A stretch of 64,000 bases of DNA, taken from NCBI GenBank assembly GCA_041697335.1, contig JBGUGD010000038.1, forward strand, positions 93,971-157,970. The letters run 5' to 3'. Every line of letters begins with the position of its first letter. Position 1 is the stretch's first letter. Source of the stretch: Vampirovibrionaceae bacterium NZW_1234. Its GTDB lineage: Bacteria; Cyanobacteriota; Vampirovibrionia; Vampirovibrionales; JAGQHJ01. Both the position numbers and the translations under genes were made by a program. Under the pieces are notes generated by a model that was given only the letters and a program-made list of their open reading frames with translations, made no database searches and was not told the origin of the DNA. Of the stretch, positions 20,091 to 29,035 are shown piece after piece.

Positions 20091-20211
20091 TGACCGTGTG
20101 GCCAAATTGGCCACACGGTGGCTCCCAAGGTTGCATGTTCTGAGCGTACGGCGAAAGAAGGCCGATTGAATGTGCAATGACCGTGTGGCCAAATTGGCCA
20201 CACGGTCATTG
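20091..20211. repeat. Two copies of the palindrome ACCGTGTGGCCAA-A-TTGGCCACACGGT (REP-like)
   Basis: Copies at about 20093-20119 and 20180-20206; the second extends to GCAATG...CATTGC. Confidence 0.8.
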
Positions 20212-20508
20212 CCCTCGCCGGAAGCGGGGAAATTGCTTCTTTGAATGGCTTTTTCCGGTTCAATCCGCATAAGACCTCGTTTAAAATGGGTTTTTACTTT
20301 TGATATACCCAAAAACCCTTTATTTTAAACGTATTTTTCATTAAATAATCATTAAGATTCCCTATATTAAGCCATTTACACCATTTTCAACCTTAAAATA
20401 CGCTTTCAGATTGAACAACACCCAAAATCACACCGACCTTTGCACAAAATAACAGGATCAGTCCCACACAAACGAGGCTCTCAGCCTTGCACGAGACGGT
20501 CGAAAAAG

Positions 20509-20644
20509 GGACAAAAAATAAAAAACCCTCTTTGCAGAGGGAAATTTGTAAAGCGAAGAGATAAAGGGGATTTATTACGAAGAGGGGAGATGATTTGTAT
20601 TTGCATAAAAACAAATATTCTAGACCCGATGTTAGTTTGTTACC
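20509..20644 (-). repeat. 136-bp direct repeat, copy 2
   Basis: Offset 1771 bp from copy 1. Confidence 0.9.
20513..20596 (-). ncRNA. Candidate CU-rich small RNA, copy 2
   Basis: Identical to copy 1. Confidence 0.55.
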
Positions 20645-20853
20645 AATTGTAAAAAAGATTGCGAAACCGTTGCCCTTGAGGTTTAACAAAGGGAGAAGCG
20701 TGGCTGGATATTCGGCTGGAGAACGCCCCTGGCAACAGCATGGGATGAACGATGCGAGGCCAGCACAGGTGCTTTTCATTCTCTTATTTTGGTGTTACAG
20801 TTTACTATCCAAACCGCAAAACAATTTGTTTCAGAACTCCGTGGAGGTCCGTC

Positions 20854-21360
20854 TTGAATACATACGAAGTACTCATTATCTTTAAGCCCATCCTGGACGT
20901 CGAAAATGTTGACGCCGTCTTGGAAAACTTCCAGAAGAACATTGTGGAAGCCAACCAGGGCCAAGTTGCTGAAGTGGATCGTATTGGTCGCAAGCGCTTG
21001 GCATTTGAAATCGGCAAGTTTAAAGACGGGTTTATGACGCTGTACCTGCTTAAGTTCCCGCCGGAAAAAGTGGCTGACTTCAGACGGGCCTGCCAAATCA
21101 ATGAAGACGTATTGCGAGTCACCCTGGTGCGTCAGGACAGCCTGCCCCAGACCCGTGAAACCTTCCAGGAAGCACGTCGTGAAGAAGGCCCTGGCGGTCG
21201 GCCCCATCGCGGTGGTCCCCGTCGTGATTTCGGTGGCCCCCGGCGCGACTTCGGTGGTCGTGGCGACCGACCCGACTTCCGTGGCGGCGACAGACCCGAT
21301 CGTGGTCCGGACCGCGGTCCTCGTCAATCTGCAGAGCCCGCCGTTACGCCTGCCGAATAG
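20854..21360 (+). CDS. rpsF: 30S ribosomal protein S6 with RGG-rich C-terminal tail
   Basis: GGAGG + TTG; YEVLIIFKP, GRKRLAFEI, INEDVLR; sits in rpsF-ssb-rpsR order. Confidence 0.93.
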   Translation: MNTYEVLIIFKPILDVENVDAVLENFQKNIVEANQGQVAEVDRIGRKRLAFEIGKFKDGFMTLYLLKFPPEKVADFRRACQINEDVLRVTLVRQDSLPQTRETFQEARREEGPGGRPHRGGPRRDFGGPRRDFGGRGDRPDFRGGDRPDRGPDRGPRQSAEPAVTPAE

Positions 21361-21409
21361 GCACGTAGCATAACACTCCCCCCTCTGAGGCAGAAAAGGA
21401 GATACGACG

Positions 21410-21898
21410 ATGGCACTTGCACGAGCCACAATTAGCGGAACGCTGATCAGCGAACCCGAAAAACGGTTTACCCCCAACAACATCGCTGTTGCGAACTTTA
21501 CGCTACAGGTAAATGCAGCCACGTCCAAGGAAGCGCCCTTTATGGTGCGCGTCACCTGCTGGCGGGCATTGGCCGATACCGTTGTCGAGCAACTGCACAA
21601 AGGCGATCACGTGGTTGTTGACGGCCGGTTACAGGTGAATCAATTTGAAAGCGCTTCGGGCCTAGCCAAGCGCATGTACGAAATTGATGCCACCAACGTC
21701 TATAAAGGTGAGCTGAGCCCCCTGGGTGCGGCCTTTGAAGCCCAAAGCGGCACTCGCTCGCAAGGCAACCAAGGCAGCAGCTATGGCAACTACCAGCAGC
21801 AGCCGGTGTCGGTGGGTGTCAGTCAACCGGCAAGCGTATCCTCCGGGGACTCCTTCCCCCAGGATGATGTGCTGACCGAAGACGACATTCCGTTCTAG
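21410..21898 (+). CDS. ssb: Single-stranded DNA-binding protein
   Basis: OB fold with LHKGDHVVVDGRL; C-terminal EDDIPF. Confidence 0.95.
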   Translation: MALARATISGTLISEPEKRFTPNNIAVANFTLQVNAATSKEAPFMVRVTCWRALADTVVEQLHKGDHVVVDGRLQVNQFESASGLAKRMYEIDATNVYKGELSPLGAAFEAQSGTRSQGNQGSSYGNYQQQPVSVGVSQPASVSSGDSFPQDDVLTEDDIPF

Positions 21899-21979
21899 AC
21901 TTGCAAAAGTCACCCAAACCAATTACCATCTTTTCTACAGAACACGTAAGGAAGAAGAAGCAACGAGGTTTATTTCCGA

Positions 21980-22210
21980 ATGGCACACGAATCCTCCCGT
22001 AACCGCAAGAAAATCTGCAATTTCTGCGCCGATCAGATCGAGAACATCGATTTTATGGATGCAGGCAAGATGAGACGCTACTTAACCGAGCGGGGCAAAA
22101 TCCTCCCGCGTCGGATTACCGGGACCTGTGCCAAGCACCAGCGCATGCTGGCCAAGCGGGTTAAAACCTCTCGCCAAGCTGGCTTAATTCCTTACGTTAT
22201 CGCCAGCTAG
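21980..22210 (+). CDS. rpsR: 30S ribosomal protein S18
   Basis: CNFC, TERGKILPRRITGTCAKHQR. Confidence 0.97.
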   Translation: MAHESSRNRKKICNFCADQIENIDFMDAGKMRRYLTERGKILPRRITGTCAKHQRMLAKRVKTSRQAGLIPYVIAS

Positions 22211-22242
22211 AGATACCCTCAGGCGATTCAACACTCCTTTTT

Positions 22243-22273
22243 TCAACGGCACCAGATTTTCTTGGTGCCGTTG
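22243..22273. terminator. Stem-loop after rpsR
   Basis: CAACGGCACCA...TGGTGCCGTTG. Confidence 0.55.
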
Positions 22274-22474
22274 CCGTCTCAAGGCATTCCTGCACCATTC
22301 CCGGGCACCGAAGAGAACGCCTTCTGAACCCGACGAAATAATCTACTACTGGTGTATTGAAAGTTGTGGGGATCCGTCCCACAATGAAACACATCGAAAC
22401 ACACAAAATTTTCTTCGACGGCCCGTTGCAGGCCCCCGAGATGTGAACGACAGAGCCCACACGTTGAGATTAAG

Positions 22475-23284
22475 ATGATGCCCACAGCTGCTAAGTTTAT
22501 TGCAACGCTTCGGCCCGCGTGGATGAAGTCCAGGGCAAACTTGGCTCGCATCGGCTTTTTGGGCCCCTCCGCAGCGATGGTCGTCTGTGATCTGGAGCAA
22601 AACGCATTGGTGCGTAACTTTACGGAAGTCAACAGTCGGCGTCTGCTTCTGCTGATGACCTCCAAATCCACGGTGCGCTCCCAACGCATTCTTCAAAACG
22701 TTTCGGAAGCCATCCTCAATCATAATGTCGGCCCTGTGGTCCTGGACCCCAAAACAATCAGCATGCACTTCCATCGCTACATGAGCCTGGAGCGTCGTTT
22801 TTCCGAAGATTCGGCGACAGGCCTCCTGCCCTATGAGTTCCAAGGGTTCCTGCTGTATGACGACCGGCTTTATGTGTTACACAACAGTCGGGATGAACGC
22901 TGTTATGTCTGTCGGCACGGGCGCATGGTAGGCTTTACGCTGAGCTCCAAATCCTTTGTCCCCTTGCAACCGGATGACCTGCTGCTTCTGGCGCATGACC
23001 GGGATATGCGCCACTTGGTGCAATCCGGCATGATTGCCGAGGTGTATGGCCTGTTTGCCCGTCAGCCCTTTTGCGATCCCCGGGATTCACGCGGACAGCA
23101 CCGAGTTCAGCAAGCCCTGCATTTTCCCGTCCTTGGACTTCGCCTGAGTTCGGCTCCGGCGACTCCCATTCGGGCCAAAGCTCCCGGAGTCGAAGTGCGG
23201 ATGTCCTTGCTCCAGTGGATTTTAACCTTTATCTGTATTGTCTGGCTCCTGGGACTCATTGCTTACGCAACTACGCACTTCTGA
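22475..23284 (+). CDS. Hypothetical protein, possibly a degenerate PP2C-like fold with a C-terminal TM anchor
   Basis: LQPDDLLLLAHD resembles the PP2C LxxGDxLLLxSDG motif; start uncertain. Confidence 0.55.
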   Translation: MMPTAAKFIATLRPAWMKSRANLARIGFLGPSAAMVVCDLEQNALVRNFTEVNSRRLLLLMTSKSTVRSQRILQNVSEAILNHNVGPVVLDPKTISMHFHRYMSLERRFSEDSATGLLPYEFQGFLLYDDRLYVLHNSRDERCYVCRHGRMVGFTLSSKSFVPLQPDDLLLLAHDRDMRHLVQSGMIAEVYGLFARQPFCDPRDSRGQHRVQQALHFPVLGLRLSSAPATPIRAKAPGVEVRMSLLQWILTFICIVWLLGLIAYATTHF

Positions 23285-23350
23285 CGGATTGCATCTGCAG
23301 GAGAGATCGCTCACGATAGGATTTGACAAAGAGACGAGAGGAGAACGGTT

Positions 23351-23704
23351 ATGGGATTGATCATCAACTGGATTTTACTGGCCTTAAGCCTTATTCTGAT
23401 TGCCTATATTATCCCCGGGATTGAAGTCAACAGCCTGGGTACCGCGTTTTGGGCAGGCTTGATCATCGGACTCATCAACATTACCATCCGGCCCATCTTA
23501 CGCTTTATCTCCCTGCCCGTGACATTTTTAACGCTGGGCCTGTTTGCCTTTGTGGTCAATGCCTTTCTCTTCTGGCTGGCCTCGGCCATTGTCCCGGGGT
23601 TCGAGGTCAACGGGGTTTTACCGGCCTTGATTGGCTCCATTCTTCTGTCGCTTCTCTACAGCCTATTTGACCGGCTTCTTCCACATCCGATGGCTCGTGT
23701 CTGA
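23351..23704 (+). CDS. 4-TM phage-holin-like membrane protein (YvlD/DUF360)
   Basis: GLINITIRPIL..SLPVTFLTLGLF..VVNA. Confidence 0.88.
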   Translation: MGLIINWILLALSLILIAYIIPGIEVNSLGTAFWAGLIIGLINITIRPILRFISLPVTFLTLGLFAFVVNAFLFWLASAIVPGFEVNGVLPALIGSILLSLLYSLFDRLLPHPMARV

Positions 23705-23827
23705 TCCGGGTCTCGGAAAACACGCCGTATCCACAGTCCTTATATTTATTTAAGGAAAAAAATGAGATTGATTGTTTTTATATAAATGGTAGTTTGATAA
23801 GACGTGTTTCTTCGGTCTCCGGTGATA

Positions 23828-23985
23828 TAGGTACAAATGGCTGTATGAAAGCAATCCCTTCCTGTAAGGGCGGACTTAACGTCTACACGTTAAGCGGCCA
23901 GTGCAGCGGAGGAGGTCGACACGTTCAGCGATGACACCTGGCCCCACTTTGGGAGGGTGTTGAAATGCGCACGAAACTGCCTACT
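23828..23985 (+). ncRNA. Candidate 6S RNA or other structured ncRNA
   Basis: No substantial ORF; rod-like pairing (TAGGTA/TGCCTA, CCCTTCC/GGGAGGG, GGCCAG/CTGGCC) around an internal bubble holding the CTTAACGT/ACGTTAAG hairpin. Confidence 0.45.
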
Positions 23986-24066
23986 TGAATTACCGCTTTC
24001 TTTCTCTTTCTACTCCTCACACATTCTATCCTGCTATCTTGCAAATGGATAACTCACATGAACACA

Positions 24067-24105
24067 TAAAAGCAGTGTTTCGGAAGCTTCCAAACACTGC
24101 TTTTT
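24067..24105. terminator. Bidirectional intrinsic terminator
   Basis: AAAAGCAGTGTTT-CGGAAGCTTCC-AAACACTGCTTTTT. Confidence 0.8.
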
Positions 24106-24289
24106 AATGGTTATCCTGCCCCGGCGTCCAACGGACACACCTTGAGGGGCAGTGACCGAACCTGCTCAGCCTTCATCCGCCCTCAAATCTGTGGAAACGG
24201 ACATTCCCTGATATTATGGTTTCATACTGGGTTTTGTGTTGCCGGGCAAACTCAGCCGAGGCAACCTGGGAAAAAGGACTTACCGAAGA

Positions 24290-24814
24290 ATGTATAAGTA
24301 CGTTTTCACGTTCTGTTTAGGTCTGCTGACATGGATGCCGTTTGCCCAAGCAGGGGATCCGTTACCGTTTTCGATAACACTCCCACAATCGTTTGCGGCG
24401 CTGCAAAAAAAAGTGTTGCCGGTTGAAACCTATTTAGGCCAAGGCACCATGACCCGTTGGATTTCGAATAACCCGGAAAAGCTTTGCACCGTGGTTTTAT
24501 ATGATTACTCCCCCCAGGTCATTGCGTCCTATTCCGATAATGCCTTGCTTGAAATGACGCAAGAAGACGTGACGATGAAAGGGCAAATTCTCTCCCAACA
24601 AAATACGACTCTCGGTCACTTCAAGGGCAAGTCGTACTGGTTTCGGCACCCCAACGGCAAGGCCTACGGCCGATTCAACTTTATCGTTGCCCGACCCAAA
24701 CTCTATCAATACGGCTGCATTGCAGGCTCGGAGGCCGCGTTAAAAACGCCCGAAGTGAACACATTCGTTCAGTCGTTTCGCTTATCACACGAGCACTCCC
24801 TACCGGGGGGGTAA
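24290..24814 (+). CDS. Secreted hypothetical protein (possibly PsbP/Mog1-like fold)
   Basis: Sec signal ending AQA; C-terminal FVQSFRL. Confidence 0.7.
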   Translation: MYKYVFTFCLGLLTWMPFAQAGDPLPFSITLPQSFAALQKKVLPVETYLGQGTMTRWISNNPEKLCTVVLYDYSPQVIASYSDNALLEMTQEDVTMKGQILSQQNTTLGHFKGKSYWFRHPNGKAYGRFNFIVARPKLYQYGCIAGSEAALKTPEVNTFVQSFRLSHEHSLPGG

Positions 24815-24846
24815 CATTGGAGCAAAACGTTCCGGAACGCGTGGGG

Positions 24847-25161
24847 CTATTTATGATGAGCCGGGGGCTTGGGCGGATTTTGATGGGCACCGGGCTCGGT
24901 TGGTTTGGTCTGGTCCTTGGTCGGGTGCGGCCCACTGCAGGCATGCGCAATAAACAACCCCACAAATGCGACCCACGCACACAAAATGCCTAAGACCGTT
25001 TCATTGTCGATGTGTTTTTGAGCCCCATGGTCTCCCGAGGTGGTTTTGGTGTGTTTTTCGGGGTTACCGCTCTGCTCCGATCCGGTAGGGTTGGTGGGTT
25101 GATGACCGAATCGACTCTTGGGAACGGGTACGGTTGGATTGAACGTCAACACGGTTTTCAT
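24847..25161 (-). CDS. Small membrane protein with N-terminal SRFG motif
   Basis: MKTVLTFNPTVPVPKSRFG; one TM segment. Confidence 0.6.
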   Translation of the reverse strand: MKTVLTFNPTVPVPKSRFGHQPTNPTGSEQSGNPEKHTKTTSGDHGAQKHIDNETVLGILCAWVAFVGLFIAHACSGPHPTKDQTKPTEPGAHQNPPKPPAHHK

Positions 25162-25430
25162 GGCCAGATATCACTTTTTACTGACGCGACACCTATACAT
25201 AACCCAAAGCGACGGCGAAATTGCTGCATCCTTGTTTGATAGTTGAGATATACCGCTTGCGGATAGGCGGTTATGGCGCTTTTTTCCAAGCGCCCGCTTG
25301 GGATAAGGTCGATATCGCCCTCCATTAAATACAGGATCCTGGACGCCTCGGGCTCCACATTGAATGGGCTTTGGCCGATACGTCATGTGGAAAAACAAGA
25401 CAAGACGAAGGACGAAGAAAGAAGGTCGGG

Positions 25431-25919
25431 ATGGCTGTATTACCGCAGAAATGTGGACACTGCAAAGGACTGTTTCTGCCCAAATCCCTGGGCGCAGCCA
25501 AAGTGTTCTGCATCAAGTGTGCCGTAAAATGTGAGGAGGCCTCCGAGCACATTCGCGTGTATCTAAAGCGCCATCCCGAGGCCAAACAGAGCGAGATTGC
25601 CGATACCCTCAGAATTCCGCGGGATTTCGTCAACTACCTCTTCGACCAGGGACGATTTGTGCCCAGCCTGAGCGATCGCCCGGCCGGGTCCCGGCGGCCA
25701 TGCATTGTGTGTTCTCGCGTACTTTCCCCGAGTGAGGATGTCTACTGCACCACCTGCCAAAAAATGATTGATGCCCGCCTTCATGTGCGCCTTACCGGAA
25801 AAAGCACGCTTCCGCCAACACCCCAGCGAGAAGGCGACCCGAGCCGATCCACAGCCCTCCCCCCTCGCCTAAAACCGCCAGGCATCCCATCGCCAGAAAA
25901 CCTATTTCCTCCTCGCTAG
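25431..25919 (+). CDS. YvyF-like flagellar-operon zinc-ribbon/HTH protein
   Basis: CxxC-x-LF...CxxC...YLKRHPEA..SEIA...QGRF...CxxC...CxxC; GCCGATAC (sigma28 -10) at 25374. Confidence 0.75.
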   Translation: MAVLPQKCGHCKGLFLPKSLGAAKVFCIKCAVKCEEASEHIRVYLKRHPEAKQSEIADTLRIPRDFVNYLFDQGRFVPSLSDRPAGSRRPCIVCSRVLSPSEDVYCTTCQKMIDARLHVRLTGKSTLPPTPQREGDPSRSTALPPRLKPPGIPSPENLFPPR

Positions 25920-25977
25920 GCACTTTCCCAGGGAGGAGAATTGCCCCGGCCATTCGGGTTAATGGTATGATTTTCAT

Positions 25978-26823
25978 ATGATCAAGCTGATTGCATTGGA
26001 TTTGGATGGCACCATTGTCAACGAGGCACTGGAAGTCTCGCCGCGAACGCTGGCCATGCTGCAACGGGTGCAGGACGAAAAAGGCGTTAAGGTTGTGGTG
26101 GCCACAGGACGGATGTTTCCGTCATCCCTGCCCTTTGCCCGACGCCTGGGCCTGACCACGCCGGTGATTTCCTACCAGGGGGCCATGATTCGGGATATTG
26201 CCGAGCGCCTGGATCGGATTCACGACCATCCCATTATGTTTCACCAAACCATTGAGATGGACGTGGCTCGGGCCATTGTGGACTTTGTTCACGAGGAGCG
26301 GCTTCACACCAATGTGTACGTCAACGATCACCTGTTTACGTCCCACTGGAATCCCAACTCGGTGTACTACCAAAACATTTCCGGGGTGGTCCCCCAAGAG
26401 GCGCCGAACTTGCATGAGATACTCACGGGCGCGCCGTCGAAAATCATGATCATTGATGACCGGGCCGATGAGATTGTGGCCCGCCTGAAAACCCATTTCT
26501 CCCAGGATGTGAGCATCTGCAAGTCCCGAACGAATTTCTGTGAAATTGTGCATACGGCCGTGTCCAAATGGAACGCCATTCAACACCTGATGTCCCTGTG
26601 GAACATCCAGGCCTCCGAGGTGATGGCCATCGGGGATCATGAGAATGACCTGTCCATGATTACGGCTGCCGGGGTGGGCGTGGCCATGGGCAATGCCCCG
26701 GATAACGTGAAGGCCCTTGCCAACTACGTGACCGATCCGGTGGGCGAGGATGGGGCGGCCAATGCCATTGAAAAGTTTGTGTATGGGCATCTGCCCCTGG
26801 AGGACGTCCACGTACCCTCATGA
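25978..26823 (+). CDS. Cof-type HAD-IIB hydrolase
   Basis: DLDGT, ATGR, SKW, IGDHENDLSM, AMGNA. Confidence 0.93.
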   Translation: MIKLIALDLDGTIVNEALEVSPRTLAMLQRVQDEKGVKVVVATGRMFPSSLPFARRLGLTTPVISYQGAMIRDIAERLDRIHDHPIMFHQTIEMDVARAIVDFVHEERLHTNVYVNDHLFTSHWNPNSVYYQNISGVVPQEAPNLHEILTGAPSKIMIIDDRADEIVARLKTHFSQDVSICKSRTNFCEIVHTAVSKWNAIQHLMSLWNIQASEVMAIGDHENDLSMITAAGVGVAMGNAPDNVKALANYVTDPVGEDGAANAIEKFVYGHLPLEDVHVPS

Positions 26824-27305
26824 GAGTTGGTCATGGGTTTGACTTGCATACACTAGAGTCCGGCATTCCGTTTATGCTGGGCGGGGTTCAACTGGAATGG
26901 CCCAAAGGCCCCAAGGGTCACTCGGATGGCGACGTGATTCTGCATGCGGTGATTGACGCCCTTTTGGGGGCGGCAGGCCTGGGGGACATCGGCGAGTGGT
27001 TCCCGCCGTCGGATGACACCTATAAGGGGGCCGACAGTTCGGACCTGTTGCAACGCACCCTGCGTTGCCTGGAAAACGAAAATTGGCGTATTCATAACAT
27101 CGATGTCACGGTGATGCTGGAAGCCCCCAAACTGAGCGCCTACAAAGAGCGCATTCGGGATCACCTGGTGACCTTGGCCGATCTGCAACTGAACCAGGTC
27201 AATATCAAAGCCAAAACCATGGAAGGCCTGGGTCCTATTGGCGAAGGCGACGCGGTTGCCGCCATGGTCACCGTGCTGATTGAACAGAAACGCGAAGCAC
27301 CCTAG
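26820..27305 (+). CDS. ispF: 2-C-methyl-D-erythritol 2,4-cyclodiphosphate synthase
   Basis: RVGHGFDLH, GHSDGDVILHA, GDIG, KAKT. Confidence 0.96.
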   Translation: MRVGHGFDLHTLESGIPFMLGGVQLEWPKGPKGHSDGDVILHAVIDALLGAAGLGDIGEWFPPSDDTYKGADSSDLLQRTLRCLENENWRIHNIDVTVMLEAPKLSAYKERIRDHLVTLADLQLNQVNIKAKTMEGLGPIGEGDAVAAMVTVLIEQKREAP

Positions 27306-27745
27306 GCGTAGCGGATCCAGTTGATCATATCGTGCCCGAGGGTGGCGCGTCCGGTGGCGGGTTTGCCGTCCTTGGTGACCGGACAGGAGGGGCCGGTACA
27401 TGGGGAAGACAGTTCCAGAGCCTTGGAAAACGGTGTCTTGGAGCGCACCCATTGAATGGCAATGACCGGCTTATCGGGGTTTTCTCGGACCTGCCTGGCT
27501 GCCGCCCGATTCAGGCGAACGCGATCCACCAGGGCTTCGACAGCCAGGGGGATAAATTGCAACAGATGCGGCACCCGCTCAGACAGGGTGGCCTTGGCAC
27601 ATAAAGCAGGGGAGAGGGCGTCAATCGCCTCGGCGGGCAGGTGTGGAATTTGTTTTAACAAGGGTTTCAGTGCAGTGACATCGGCTTGGGTTGTGGTGCG
27701 ACCAAAGCGCATGACAGGGGTGTAGGCGGATGTGTGAATGGGCAT
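27302..27745 (-). CDS. Hypothetical protein with N-terminal MRFG motif
   Basis: GAGGAG RBS; begins MPIHTSAYTPVMRFG. Confidence 0.7.
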   Translation of the reverse strand: MPIHTSAYTPVMRFGRTTTQADVTALKPLLKQIPHLPAEAIDALSPALCAKATLSERVPHLLQFIPLAVEALVDRVRLNRAAARQVRENPDKPVIAIQWVRSKTPFSKALELSSPCTGPSCPVTKDGKPATGRATLGHDMINWIRYA

Positions 27746-27761
27746 GATTCTGGGTTCTCCT

Positions 27762-27822
27762 CACTCTGCAATTCTTTACTCTGCAATTCTTTTGGCTGTA
27801 ATTTTTTGGGGCTGCAGTTTTC
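27762..27822. repeat. Degenerate 15-bp tandem repeat (about 4 units)
   Basis: CTCTGCAATTCTTTA / CTCTGCAATTCTTTT / GGCTGTAATTTTTTG / GGGCTGCAGTTTTCC. Confidence 0.6.
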
Positions 27823-27922
27823 CGGCGGCTCTGTTTTTGGCGCCATGTTCCGGTACTGAATCAAGCCACTATAAGCAAGATGAAAGGAAGATGCAAATAG
27901 AAAAACAATAGTATTGCGCAGT

Positions 27923-28894
27923 TTAAGAGGAAAGCGTCCTCTGGGCACGCGGATGAGCCTTGAGGTAGGCCGCTTTGAGACGCTCTGTTGTGACGTGGGT
28001 ATAAATCTGAGTCGTGCGAATGCTGACATGCCCCAACAACTCTTGGACCACCCGCAAGTCCACGCCATGATTCAACAGATGGGTGGCAAAACTGTGTCGG
28101 AAGGTGTGTGGCGAAATGGCCTTGGTGATTCCGGCCTCTTTGGCAATCTGGCACAACAGCCGGTGGACGCTTCGGGTGGTGAGGGCCTGGCCTTTGTAGT
28201 TTAAAAATACCGTGTCCCCCGGCCTTGGGGCGTGGCCAGCCAAAGCGGCGTATGCCTTCAGCAGGTATTCTTCCAGGTACTGCAAGGCCTCCTGGCTGAT
28301 AAAGCTGATGCGCTCCTTGCGGCCCTTGCCCATAATGCGGATTTCCCCTTCGCCCATCATGATATCGCCCACCTGCAATTGCACCAGTTCCGCCACCCGC
28401 ACGCCGGAGGAGAACATAAACTCCAGAATTAAGAGGTTACGAAGGGCAATAGGCTCCAACTGGCGCCAGTCTGCAATGGACCCGGTTACGGCGAGCTTCA
28501 TCTGAAGCAATTCTTCCGGGGTCAGAAATTCGGGGAGCTTCTTAAGCTGCTTGGGGGCCTGAAACTGGAGTGACAATTCCCCCAACTCAAAGAACTGCTC
28601 TTTAATCAGGTACTTGAAAAACATCTTCAGGGCGCTGAGCTTTCGGGCAATGCTGCTTTTCGCAAGATTCTGACTGTGCAGGTGCTGGGTAAACTGACCC
28701 GGTGCCCGCTGAAGCCAGGCCAAGTCCACCTCGACGGACCGGGATTGATCTTCCAGCCAGCGCACAAAGCCTTCCAAGTCCTTGCTGTAGGCGCGCAGCG
28801 TATTGGACGATAAATCCCGCTGCAGGCTCAAACTGGCTAAAAATTCTTCTCGACCCTCAGCAAACCGGTGTAATAAACTGTCTGTCCTCTCCAT
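27923..28894 (-). CDS. xerC: Tyrosine recombinase XerC/XerD
   Basis: SGVRVAEL, GKGRKER, SPHTFRHSFATHLL, LLGH..TTQIYTH. Confidence 0.9.
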   Translation of the reverse strand: MERTDSLLHRFAEGREEFLASLSLQRDLSSNTLRAYSKDLEGFVRWLEDQSRSVEVDLAWLQRAPGQFTQHLHSQNLAKSSIARKLSALKMFFKYLIKEQFFELGELSLQFQAPKQLKKLPEFLTPEELLQMKLAVTGSIADWRQLEPIALRNLLILEFMFSSGVRVAELVQLQVGDIMMGEGEIRIMGKGRKERISFISQEALQYLEEYLLKAYAALAGHAPRPGDTVFLNYKGQALTTRSVHRLLCQIAKEAGITKAISPHTFRHSFATHLLNHGVDLRVVQELLGHVSIRTTQIYTHVTTERLKAAYLKAHPRAQRTLSS

Positions 28895-29035
28895 ATCTGT
28901 GATTATACGGCTGCTTTTCAAAAAGGGCCAGAGGGAGCTCAGCACGTCAGCGAGGCCCGGGGACGGTTTTTCGGGGGCACGGGTTTGTGCTAGGATAGCC
29001 AGTACACAAAACACGACTCAAGAGGTGTGTAGACG

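Noticed and set aside
20690..20780. Possible hairpin RNA or S6:S18 leader upstream of rpsF
   Set aside because: Pairing is weak and no recognisable family motif is present.
18661..20885. Small ORFs overlapping the 136-bp repeats and palindromes
   Set aside because: No RBS or protein-like features; their similarity derives from the DNA repeats.
23351..23704. Holin as evidence of a prophage
   Set aside because: YvlD-like proteins are commonly chromosomal, and no lysin is adjacent.
27923..28894. Prophage or island integrase
   Set aside because: Typical chromosomal Xer motifs, with no phage genes or att sites nearby.
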